From IMG/VR virus record IMGVR_UViG_3300032323_003201, positions 1-64,000 of that record: a DNA stretch of 64,000 bases; one strand, given 5' to 3'. Below the pieces are notes generated by a model. That model saw only the letters and a list, made by a program, of their open reading frames with translations, was not told where the DNA came from and made no database searches. The position numbers were made by a program, and so were the translations under genes. Below, one piece after another: positions 1 to 8,855 of the stretch; position 1 is the first letter of the stretch, and every line of letters starts with the position of its first letter. The DNA is from a virus.

Positions 1-2
1 TA

Positions 3-2003
3 GAGAGTAATGCAATCATAGCTATTCACAATGCAAAATTTGATTTGCTTGTATTGATTGAGCAAGACCCATCACTGACACCAATCATTATTAGTGCCTT
101 AAAGCAAGGCAGATTGATTTGCACAGCGATTGCACAAGCCATGATGAATGCAGCTCTACCATCACAATATGGTCAAAGAAATATCTCATTACTTGATAGC
201 ATTCAACCTTACCTATCTACTGAGAAATATGATCAGCTAGCTGATTTGAAAAGTGGTAAGGGTGATGATATGGATGACACACTAGAACAGCTTGTGCTTG
301 AAGGTATTGAAGATGCACCCAAGACCAGAAGTAAAAAGAAGGGTGCGTCTGTTCGCACTAGCTATGGTGATTTGATTGACACACCTATTTCCCAATGGTC
401 TGCTAAGGCTGTGGAATATGCAAAAGAGGATGCCTTATTTGTAAAGGCTCTTTTCTTTTCCCAATGGTCAAAGAGCAGTAGATTTTATGTACAGCACAAT
501 AAAGCATTTTTGGAAGATTTACCAAGGCAAACCTATGCTGACTTTGTGCTTGCCTATGCTAGTACGAAGACAGGGTTTTTTGTAGATCAAAACCTCCACC
601 AGGTAGTTAACCAAAGCTTAAGCATTCAGCAAAGGGAGCTTGGGGATAAGCTAGTGAGCAAGAATATGCTTACCAAGTCTAAGGGTGGTGAGTATACAAT
701 ACCACAACAAAATCTAAAGGACATGTATGAAGGTATTTACAAGCAACTTGGAGAGCCTGAAAAGAATTGGAAAAGGACAAAGAAGGGTGCACTTGCCACA
801 GATGAAGAAGCCACAGAGTACATTATCTATTTAATGATTAAATCTGGTGATGATAAATTCAAGGATGCACTAGAAACCCTTGATCTACTAGATGAATACA
901 AGGATGTAGTTAAGCAAAAAAATACATACCTCAAAAATTTCAACAAGGCATTTTCATGTGATGATCAAAGACTTAGATATCGTTTTCAAGGCTATGGTGC
1001 TGCTACTGGTCGCACTACCTCTAGTGAGCCAAACCTACAAAACTTGCCTCGTGGTGGTTATGTTCGTAATTGCCTTCGTGCAGATGAAGGCTCTATTTTA
1101 GGGTTGTGCGATTATAGTAATGCAGAAATGCGAACATTGTCTCAAATCCACCTAGACGAAGGAAGAGATAGCATCCTAGCTAAAAAATATATGGAGGATG
1201 CAGAATTTGACCCTCACTTGTTCGTGTCTGCTCAATTCTGTGGTGTATCCTATGAACAAGCACAAGATTATTATGCTGACAAGAAGCACCCCATGTACAA
1301 GGATCTGAAGGAGAAAAGAAATCTTGCCAAGGTGTTAAACTTTGGTCTAGCTGGGGGGTTGGGAGCTGTCAGCTTTATCTCTTATGCAAAGGGTTATGGT
1401 TTCAAGGGGGATACCATGCTTAAGCCTAAACAAGTAGGTGACTTGATTAAAAATTGGATGGCTGTCTATCCAGAGATGAAGGCTTATTTTAAATTAAAGA
1501 CTGATACAGCACCAAATCAAAAGCTGTTATTTGATGCCTTTAAGAAAGCATTGGCATGGGACACAACACACACAGCCATGTATCAATTTCCTCGCTCAAA
1601 TCGATATCGTTTTTGTGATAGCTATACCAATGCCTGTAATACACCTTTCCAAGGGATGGCTAGTGATGGTGCAAAGAATGCTTTGATTATGGTCTTTGAA
1701 GAGTGCCTATTAAATCCCCATTCCCCTCTCTTTGGTTGCCAAATCGTGTGCTTTATCCATGATGAAATTATCATTGAAATCCCTGTGGATGATCTTGATG
1801 GTGAGCATTACACAGAGCAAGGTAAGGCAGCAGTAGACAGATTGTCAGAGCTGATGAGACAAGGCATGGAAATCATGACACCAGATATCCCTGCTGTATG
1901 TGAAACAACCTTGTCATATAGATGGGATAAAGAGGCTTATTCACCAATCAAGGGAAACAAACAACAGGTCTATGTATCTAAGGTGGACATAAAGAAAATT
2001 TAA
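3..2003 (+). CDS. polA: Family A DNA polymerase with 3'-5' exonuclease domain, 5' end outside the window
   Basis: The frame is open from base 3 and includes the ExoII-like HNAKFD. It also has TGRTTSSEPNLQNLP, motif A DYSNAEMR, motif B RNLAKVLNFGLAGG and motif C FIHDE. Confidence 0.93.
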   Translation, partial: ESNAIIAIHNAKFDLLVLIEQDPSLTPIIISALKQGRLICTAIAQAMMNAALPSQYGQRNISLLDSIQPYLSTEKYDQLADLKSGKGDDMDDTLEQLVLEGIEDAPKTRSKKKGASVRTSYGDLIDTPISQWSAKAVEYAKEDALFVKALFFSQWSKSSRFYVQHNKAFLEDLPRQTYADFVLAYASTKTGFFVDQNLHQVVNQSLSIQQRELGDKLVSKNMLTKSKGGEYTIPQQNLKDMYEGIYKQLGEPEKNWKRTKKGALATDEEATEYIIYLMIKSGDDKFKDALETLDLLDEYKDVVKQKNTYLKNFNKAFSCDDQRLRYRFQGYGAATGRTTSSEPNLQNLPRGGYVRNCLRADEGSILGLCDYSNAEMRTLSQIHLDEGRDSILAKKYMEDAEFDPHLFVSAQFCGVSYEQAQDYYADKKHPMYKDLKEKRNLAKVLNFGLAGGLGAVSFISYAKGYGFKGDTMLKPKQVGDLIKNWMAVYPEMKAYFKLKTDTAPNQKLLFDAFKKALAWDTTHTAMYQFPRSNRYRFCDSYTNACNTPFQGMASDGAKNALIMVFEECLLNPHSPLFGCQIVCFIHDEIIIEIPVDDLDGEHYTEQGKAAVDRLSELMRQGMEIMTPDIPAVCETTLSYRWDKEAYSPIKGNKQQVYVSKVDIKKI

Positions 2004-2066
2004 AAATTTAACTTTTTACTTGACTTATTTTATCAAAATTTATATATCCATAAATACAAAGCAAAC
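2003..2066 (+). promoter_or_regulatory. Putative early promoter (shared phage motif)
   Basis: TTAACTTTTTAC-TTGACT (-35 at 2020), then an AT-rich -10 region, then ACAAAGCAAAC. Related copies lie on the minus strand near 46154-46215, 47774-47835, 44647-44710 and 31672-31732. Confidence 0.65.
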
Positions 2067-2102
2067 TCAAAAAGTTTTTTCAGTTTTATGGAGTAATCAA
2101 AA

Positions 2103-2372
2103 ATGAAAAACAGCAATCAAAATTGTGGCTTATGGCCAATCGTAAAATTAGACGCAGACACTGACCCAAAGCAAACAAGGGACACAAGGGACACAACAGA
2201 ATTCCCCAGAGTAAAGCCTCTTCAACCTTGGTCACCATACCTTGATTATAGCGAAGAGAGAGCAGAGCAACAAAGACAAAGAGAAATTCAATCAATCAAG
2301 AATTTCTTTGAAGAGCTTGGCGTCTTTATTTGCATGGCAATTCTCTTTGCATGTCTCTTCCTCTTTTACTAA
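2103..2372 (+). CDS. Small hypothetical protein with C-terminal transmembrane helix
   Basis: GGAG RBS at ~2090. Hydrophobic C-terminus LGVFICMAILFACLFLFY. Confidence 0.6.
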   Translation: MKNSNQNCGLWPIVKLDADTDPKQTRDTRDTTEFPRVKPLQPWSPYLDYSEERAEQQRQREIQSIKNFFEELGVFICMAILFACLFLFY

Positions 2373-2380
2373 ACAACACA

Positions 2381-2429
2381 CTTGAAACTTGAAACTTGAA
2401 ACTTGAAACTTGAAACTTGAAACTTGACA
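2381..2429 (+). repeat. Heptamer tandem repeat (CTTGAAA)x6 plus degenerate CTTGACA
   Basis: Directly visible. It ends just before the GGAG RBS of the HTH gene. Confidence 0.95.
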
Positions 2430-2443
2430 CTTGGAGACGCACC

Positions 2444-2644
2444 ATGGCTATGACAGAAAAAACAAAGCTCTTAAAGACTAAGACAGGTCTTACCTTAAAA
2501 GAAATTGCAGACAGACTAGGGTATAATAAAACAACCATTTGCCTCGTATGTCGTGATGCAATTGCACCATCTAAAAGACTTGCTCGCACACTGGCTGAAT
2601 TGTGTGGTGTGGATGAGAGCTACTTCCTCACACAGCAACAATAA
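2444..2644 (+). CDS. Cro/CI (XRE)-type helix-turn-helix regulator
   Basis: GLTLKEIADRLGYNKTTICLV...LAELCGV pattern. GGAG RBS before ATG 2444. Confidence 0.8.
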   Translation: MAMTEKTKLLKTKTGLTLKEIADRLGYNKTTICLVCRDAIAPSKRLARTLAELCGVDESYFLTQQQ

Positions 2645-2696
2645 AAACTAATTCAGATCATCATGCTACTATGGTATAAAATAGAAGTAGCAGGAG

Positions 2697-3074
2697 ATGA
2701 TTATGATAGATTTAGGTTTGCACGATAACACCATTGAAATTATTAATGATTTAGAATTTTACTCACAAAATAAAAGTGAGCTTAGACTTAAAGAAAAACA
2801 AGTAGAGGATAATAAAATCTCTCTCTATTTTGACTGCTTGTCTCAAGCCTTTGATATTCGTATCTGTGTTGATGACTTGACTATACTAGCACAGCTCCCA
2901 AAGGTCTTTGAAAGAAATGCAAAGATACACTTTAGAGCATGGACAGAGATACACTTGCCAGCTTGGTATTACATAGACGATTTAGTCATAGAAAAAAATT
3001 TAGATGAAGAAGAAGGATTGTGGCAAGCTAAATGTAGATTGATCGTATCACTACAAGAGAGAAAAAATGTCTGA
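2697..3074 (+). CDS. Hypothetical protein
   Basis: 125-aa ORF with AGGAG RBS, overlapping the next start. Confidence 0.6.
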   Translation: MIMIDLGLHDNTIEIINDLEFYSQNKSELRLKEKQVEDNKISLYFDCLSQAFDIRICVDDLTILAQLPKVFERNAKIHFRAWTEIHLPAWYYIDDLVIEKNLDEEEGLWQAKCRLIVSLQERKNV

Positions 3075-3312
3075 CCCAATCCCCCAACCCCCACAAGATT
3101 TTTGGGTGCTTGCTGCTAAGAATAGCGAATCACTTGGCCTACTTGCTCTGGCTTATTTTACTAAGCAAATTGTGCCTATCTTTGATCGTTATGTCACACT
3201 AAAGGAAAAGCAAGATCCTATTGTTGATAGGCTATCAGAGAAGATACAGGATTTAGAGCTTAAGATTGAAATTTTGCTAGAAAAAAGTAAGCTTTGGGAT
3301 AAAGATAAATAA
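3067..3312 (+). CDS. Small hypothetical protein (hydrophobic segment plus coiled coil)
   Basis: Coupled ORF with LGLLALAYF segment followed by a heptad-rich C-terminus. Confidence 0.55.
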   Translation: MSDPIPQPPQDFWVLAAKNSESLGLLALAYFTKQIVPIFDRYVTLKEKQDPIVDRLSEKIQDLELKIEILLEKSKLWDKDK

Positions 3313-3358
3313 CTTTATTTATATCTTTTTGTTATACTCTCATTTGAAAGAGAGTTAA

Positions 3359-4537
3359 ATGATGAGCAAATTTTCACATATTTCAGCGTCTCAAATTACC
3401 ATGTTCAGCGATAACTGTGCTAGGAAGTGGTATGAGATTTATGTAAATGGTGAACAAATCCCCTCAAGTAAAGCTCAAGAGCGTGGCCACCAAGTACATG
3501 CACACCTTGAAGACTATATTTTAAAGGGGATTTTACCACCACAGGACACAGACGAAGGCAAGATTGCCTCTGCTGGGTTGCCTTTCCTACCTAAGTATGT
3601 TCATGGTAGGGTTTTTGTAGAGCAATCACTAGAAGCATATGCACCTATTTACCATAATATAAAATTCAAGGGTTTTATTGACTGTCTCATCATCCATGAT
3701 GACCATATTGAAATCCTCGATCATAAAACCACCAGTGCTAAAAAATATATGCTCACAGAGCTAGATTTGATGACGAATACACAGCTCATTATCTATGCTA
3801 GACATGTCATGCAATCCTACCCACACACTAAATTTAAATTATCCCATGTTTACTACCTCACTTCTGCACCATATAAGGCAGAAAAGAGAAGTGTAGAGGT
3901 AGATAAAGAGCATATCCTAAAGGTTTTCTCTCAATTAGAGCCTAAAATCTTAGATATGATTGCTGCATATAACAAGCCTATTGACCAGATGAATAAGAAT
4001 GAGAGCAGTTGCTTTGCCTATGGTCAAAGATGTCCATTTTATTTGAGATGTAAGAGAGCTGATATAGAAAGCTTTGAGGATCTACTAACTGTGCCAAAGG
4101 AAAGTGAAATGCAACAAGCACAACAACCCCAATCAACAAACCCTGATCTTTTAAAATACCTACTTGGACAAGCTCCACAACCACCACAACCACAAATCTT
4201 TGAAGAGAGTAAACCTATGAAACAACCACAAGCACAGGCACAGGCAGAAGCTAAAGAGCCATGTATTCTTTTTGTAAGCTGTACAATTGTTAAGGGTCAA
4301 TCAACCATGCTTGCTTTGGAAGCACTGAAACCCATGATTAATGAGATTTGCACTAAAGAGAGAGTTAGTCATATCTCAACAATCCAATATGCAAGAGGTT
4401 ATGACATGCTATGCACCATGCTTACACAACAAGGCAAGCTCCCATGTAGTATGCAAATCGATGCTCGTTCTTTTGAATACCAAAAGCTTGGTGCAACACT
4501 TGAAGCCTTGGCAGATATTGTTGTGAGAGGTGTATAA
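3359..4537 (+). CDS. PD-(D/E)XK Cas4/RecB-like exonuclease
   Basis: SASQ...C.RKWY, KGFID, DHKT and QLIIY motifs, plus a C-terminal Cys cluster (C.AYG..CPF...C) typical of Fe-S Cas4-like phage nucleases. Confidence 0.85.
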   Translation: MMSKFSHISASQITMFSDNCARKWYEIYVNGEQIPSSKAQERGHQVHAHLEDYILKGILPPQDTDEGKIASAGLPFLPKYVHGRVFVEQSLEAYAPIYHNIKFKGFIDCLIIHDDHIEILDHKTTSAKKYMLTELDLMTNTQLIIYARHVMQSYPHTKFKLSHVYYLTSAPYKAEKRSVEVDKEHILKVFSQLEPKILDMIAAYNKPIDQMNKNESSCFAYGQRCPFYLRCKRADIESFEDLLTVPKESEMQQAQQPQSTNPDLLKYLLGQAPQPPQPQIFEESKPMKQPQAQAQAEAKEPCILFVSCTIVKGQSTMLALEALKPMINEICTKERVSHISTIQYARGYDMLCTMLTQQGKLPCSMQIDARSFEYQKLGATLEALADIVVRGV

Positions 4538-6234
4538 TGGATAAGAGTATCTTTGATATGTTTATGGCTGGTGGTGGCACACCTAGCTATCAAGTAAATG
4601 TCCCACTACTTGATGATGTTCGTATCAATAGGATTCCACCTAGCACTACTAAAGAGCAAGTGCCAGATTATACTGATAGGTATCGAACAGATTTAGGGAC
4701 AATGAAGTTGAGAGCAATTCAAAATTCAATGCTTTTTGAATTTGAAAAGACAAATGGTCTAGTCGCTCTTGCAGGCTGTGGCACTGGCAAGACTTTGACA
4801 ACCTTTCTTCTTCCTCGTGTATCCAATGCAAGCAAACCCCTCTTAATTGTGCCTGCCTCTCTTAGGGATAAGACCAAGGCTGAATGGGTTGGCTATGCAC
4901 AGCATTTTAATTTAATCCCCATTGAAGTGATTAGCTATGAGCAAATCCAAACCCCCAAAGGCAAGGATATTCTTTTTAAACTCGCACCTGATCTAATCAT
5001 TTGTGATGAAGCTCACTATATCAAAAATTTGAAATCTGCTAGAGCCTCAAGGCTTGGCTTATATTTAAACAAAAGGCCTGATACTAAATTTGTAGTGCTT
5101 TCAGGCACACTCATGAATAAGAGTATTGCAGATATTGCTCACTTATCTGATTGGTCTCTTCTTGATCGTTCACCCTTCCCTAGAGATAGAAGACAGGTGC
5201 AAGTTTGGGATAGACTCATAGATGGTAGTGCAACAGGCTATGAATATATTGAGTTTAAAAGACATTGGCAGGTTGATGGTCTAGCAGTAAAAGAGAGTAT
5301 CTATAAAAGGCTTTCTACATGTGATGGTGTTGTGCTAACTGGCAAGGACATTGTGCCAAGCTCTCTCAACATGTATGCAAATCGTTTACATGTGCCAAAA
5401 AGCTTAATCACAGCAATCAACCAAGCATTCAATGAGAAAAGGATGGCAGATGCTTTGGGGGATTTTGAGCTAGATATCAAAATGATAGAGGATAGTCAGC
5501 ATTTGTGGAAAACAACTGATGCCTTTGCTCTTAGAGCCTATTCCCAAATGATGATGGGTTTTTTGTATGTTTGGGATTGGCAAGGCACACCAGATGAAGA
5601 GTGGCTCACTGCTCGTTCAGTATATGGTAAGGCAATCAGGCAAGTGCTTGACCTTGAAATCGAAGGCATTGACTCACCTGCTATGGTTGAACAAAATGTT
5701 GATATCTTGCCAAGTGCCTTTCAAAAGTTTTTCTTGATGGCTAAATTTGAGTGGGAAAAGCACAAGCATAAGGATAAGCCACCAACTAAGTGCCTTTGGC
5801 TTGATGATTATTTTGTGAAAGCAATCAAGGCTTGGGTTACTACGATAGAGGATAACTTTATTATATGGGTGGGGATGTCAGAGCTTGGTAATAGACTAGA
5901 ACAAGAGCTAGGCATTCCTTATTATAGAGGTGGGTCAGAGATACCAAATAAAGACCCTCACCCTTGCATTGCCTCTATCAAGGCACATGGCACAGGTAAA
6001 AATCTACAAGCATGGAATGTTAACCTAATTGCTCACCCACTATCTGACCCTGCTACTTGGGAACAGCTACTTGCTCGCACACATAGACATGGACAACAAG
6101 CAGATGAGGTATCTATCTATTATTTCTCTCATGGTCTTTTTGGTAGTGCTATGTGGAAGGCAAGGCAAGGTGCTGATACTATCTCAAGGATAACAGGACA
6201 AGAGCAAAGACTAAAGTATGCAACATATAGCTAG
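4537..6234 (+). CDS. SF2 (SNF2-like) DNA helicase
   Basis: Walker A GCGTGKT, DEAH, motif III SGT and motif VI EQLLARTHRHGQ. Confidence 0.88.
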   Translation: MDKSIFDMFMAGGGTPSYQVNVPLLDDVRINRIPPSTTKEQVPDYTDRYRTDLGTMKLRAIQNSMLFEFEKTNGLVALAGCGTGKTLTTFLLPRVSNASKPLLIVPASLRDKTKAEWVGYAQHFNLIPIEVISYEQIQTPKGKDILFKLAPDLIICDEAHYIKNLKSARASRLGLYLNKRPDTKFVVLSGTLMNKSIADIAHLSDWSLLDRSPFPRDRRQVQVWDRLIDGSATGYEYIEFKRHWQVDGLAVKESIYKRLSTCDGVVLTGKDIVPSSLNMYANRLHVPKSLITAINQAFNEKRMADALGDFELDIKMIEDSQHLWKTTDAFALRAYSQMMMGFLYVWDWQGTPDEEWLTARSVYGKAIRQVLDLEIEGIDSPAMVEQNVDILPSAFQKFFLMAKFEWEKHKHKDKPPTKCLWLDDYFVKAIKAWVTTIEDNFIIWVGMSELGNRLEQELGIPYYRGGSEIPNKDPHPCIASIKAHGTGKNLQAWNVNLIAHPLSDPATWEQLLARTHRHGQQADEVSIYYFSHGLFGSAMWKARQGADTISRITGQEQRLKYATYS

Positions 6235-6243
6235 GAGTAAATC

Positions 6244-6846
6244 ATGGGTAGGAAAAAAAATTACGATATTAGCACGCTAGAGAGACAACTCAATGGCCAA
6301 GTAGATATCACACAAATAGAAGAGCCTATTGCTCAAGAAGTACACCCCTACTTAATAGGTCAAGATGTACCACCTCTTCCTTATGATGATATCTATAGGG
6401 AACGATGGCTAACAGTTGTTGAATATTTGGTGGGTGTAAGAAGAATATTTGGTGCATCTGTGATTGCAGAGATTTGTGGTATAGCAAATAACACAGCTAG
6501 CAACCTACTTGATGAGCTTAAAATTAGGTGGGGGAAAACACTGACACCAGCACAAGCAAATTCACGAAGAGAAGCTCTCTACCAAGAGTGTGAAAGGGTC
6601 AAGGCACTTGCTTGGGAAGAGGTGATGATCAACCCCAAAGAAAAGGTAGCATATCTAAGGCTTGTGCTAGAAGCTCAAAAGAGACAAGCTACCTTGTGTG
6701 GATTAGACAAGCTCGAAATATCTGTTGAGCAAATCACCACAGAGAAAAAAGAAATAGCGATTGATGCATCACCAGAAACCTTGTCTCAAATAGGTCACAT
6801 ACTTGCACAATCGATTTCATCGCAGAAAAGGCTAAATGATGGATAA
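6244..6846 (+). CDS. Probable terminase small subunit
   Basis: Lies directly upstream of and overlaps TerL. HTH-like ASVIAEICGIANNTASNLL, and an RQATLCGLDK C-terminal pattern seen in TerS-like proteins. Confidence 0.6.
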   Translation: MGRKKNYDISTLERQLNGQVDITQIEEPIAQEVHPYLIGQDVPPLPYDDIYRERWLTVVEYLVGVRRIFGASVIAEICGIANNTASNLLDELKIRWGKTLTPAQANSRREALYQECERVKALAWEEVMINPKEKVAYLRLVLEAQKRQATLCGLDKLEISVEQITTEKKEIAIDASPETLSQIGHILAQSISSQKRLNDG

Positions 6847-8524
6847 TAATGAGAAAAAATTAAATGACCTTATGCAAACCAAAGAGGGAAGAAAGCTTTT
6901 ATCCAAGCACTCACCATCCTTCTTTGCATCCTACTATCTTGGGTACTCTTACACAAATCACCAAGACAGGTGGCTCAAGCTGATTGATGGTATGGTAAGT
7001 GAGGGTAAGAAAACCAATGAAAAGAAAAAGCTCCTTTTACTCGCACCTCGTGACCATGGTAAGAGCATGCTCTGTATTGCAGTCACTCTTAGAGCTTTAT
7101 GCCTTGATCGTAATACAAGAATTTTATGGCTCTCTAAATCCATTGGCCAAGCAGAAAAGCGTGTGCGTGTGTGTAAGAACCATTTCCAAGATCAGAGATT
7201 AATAGACGATTGGGGAAGTGATGAGCCTTTTGCTCGCAAGGATATTGATAAATGGACAAGCACACAAATCTATCTTAATCGTACACTTAATTCTATTGAC
7301 CCAAGCATTGAAGCTGTGGGAGCTGGTGGCTCTATTACAGGTGGACACTTTGACATGATTATCATAGACGACTTGGAGGATGAGAAGACAGTCTTTAGTG
7401 CATCCCAAAGACAAAAGACAAGGGATTGGTTGAAAGGCACTTGTATGCCTATGCTCACAAAGGGTGGCACAATGGTTGTTGTAGGCACAAGAAAGCACTA
7501 TGATGATTGCTACAACATGATGATCAAAGATCCAACCTTTCAAGTGGTTTGTACACCTGCTATTATCAAGTGGCCTAAATCCTACAGACATGTTCTAAAG
7601 GAGGTTGATGGTAGAGCCATGTGGCAAGATGTTGTGATAGAGGGTGATTATGAAGTGCTTTGGCCAGAAGAAAGAAACATTAAATTACTACTCAAAGAAT
7701 TATATTCAGCTGGGTCATTGTCCTTTACTCGTGAATTTCAAAACCAAGTGCAATCTGACAACGATGCTATCTTTAAGCTCTCATGGCTAGACGCAGCTAA
7801 GGACAGAGGTTTCTTTTATTCATATGGTGAAGTGCCACCAGTAGAAAGAATGGTAGTAGTGCAAGCTTGGGATTTAGCTTTAAAAACTGATAAGAAATCA
7901 GCTGAAGAACAAGATAGCGATTACACTGTAGGCATTACACTTGGCAAGGATGAGAAGGGAAATCACTACCTACTTTCTATGTTTAGAGATAGAGGTTTAA
8001 CACCTTCCCAAATCTACCAAGCGATTATTGATGAATTTAACAAGTTTAAAAAATTATGTCATGTCATCTCTATTGAAAAGAACAACTTTGGTCAGCTACA
8101 TACCTTCACACTACAAAAAAACACTGACCTACCTATTAAGGAACATGTCACAACAGCAGGCAATAAGAATAGTGCATGGATAGGTGTGCCAAGCCTTACC
8201 ACCCTCTTTGAGAATGGGAAAATGATCCTACCAACAAAGACACCAGAGGATGTAGATAAGTCAGATTTATTATGTAGTGAGCTGTATGGTCTTGGGAAGG
8301 AAAAGCATGATGATACAGTCATGAGCCTTTGGATTGCAGTATCTGCCATGAGAGATAGTGATTTTCAATATTCTATTGCTGTGGGTGATACCATGCTTGA
8401 TGCACATGGTGAAAAAATGACACAAGCGAATTTTTCTTCCTATAGTAAGATAGCTCAAAGCGAAGCTGTCCAGTCTATTTGGGATAGCTTTCAAATAGAC
8501 TATGATGTTGATGATGAAGGATAA
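6836..8524 (+). CDS. terL: Terminase large subunit
   Basis: Walker A LLLAPRDHGKS, Walker B IIIDDLED, coupling motif VVGTR, and nuclease residues AWDLA, SDYT and HDDTVMS. Confidence 0.95.
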   Translation: MMDNNEKKLNDLMQTKEGRKLLSKHSPSFFASYYLGYSYTNHQDRWLKLIDGMVSEGKKTNEKKKLLLLAPRDHGKSMLCIAVTLRALCLDRNTRILWLSKSIGQAEKRVRVCKNHFQDQRLIDDWGSDEPFARKDIDKWTSTQIYLNRTLNSIDPSIEAVGAGGSITGGHFDMIIIDDLEDEKTVFSASQRQKTRDWLKGTCMPMLTKGGTMVVVGTRKHYDDCYNMMIKDPTFQVVCTPAIIKWPKSYRHVLKEVDGRAMWQDVVIEGDYEVLWPEERNIKLLLKELYSAGSLSFTREFQNQVQSDNDAIFKLSWLDAAKDRGFFYSYGEVPPVERMVVVQAWDLALKTDKKSAEEQDSDYTVGITLGKDEKGNHYLLSMFRDRGLTPSQIYQAIIDEFNKFKKLCHVISIEKNNFGQLHTFTLQKNTDLPIKEHVTTAGNKNSAWIGVPSLTTLFENGKMILPTKTPEDVDKSDLLCSELYGLGKEKHDDTVMSLWIAVSAMRDSDFQYSIAVGDTMLDAHGEKMTQANFSSYSKIAQSEAVQSIWDSFQIDYDVDDEG

Positions 8525-8529
8525 AAATC

Positions 8530-8853
8530 ATGATTATGAGAACGATTGAGCTGGCATCACAAGATAACCAGCCTGTAATTTTTGACAAAGCAAGCATGGG
8601 GTTTTCCCCTGCAGATATCTTGTCAGCCTGTCAAATCCATTGCACAGGTCTTGATGGTGGTAAATACAAGGTTGAGCTACTTCCACCTGATGGTTTTGGC
8701 TATATTCTTTTCCAAGACAATGCCACACAGCTTGATGGTGTGCTTGTGACTGAACAAAGCTTTGTATTTGAAGCTCTAAGAGTAACCTTTATCGATTTGG
8801 GTGTAGGTGCACAACCAAAGGTCAAAGCCAACTTCTTTAGAAGGAGAATGTAG
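8530..8853 (+). CDS. Small hypothetical (possibly virion) protein
   Basis: Tightly packed beta-rich ORF between terL and the fibre genes. Confidence 0.55.
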   Translation: MIMRTIELASQDNQPVIFDKASMGFSPADILSACQIHCTGLDGGKYKVELLPPDGFGYILFQDNATQLDGVLVTEQSFVFEALRVTFIDLGVGAQPKVKANFFRRRM

Positions 8854-8855
8854 TC

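Noticed and set aside
2381-2429. Repeat as a CRISPR array
   Set aside because: Contiguous 7-mers with no spacers. No repeat-spacer array was seen anywhere in the window.
3359-4537. Cas4 as part of a CRISPR-Cas system
   Set aside because: No cas1/cas2 or array. Solo Cas4-like nucleases next to a helicase and polymerase are common in phages.
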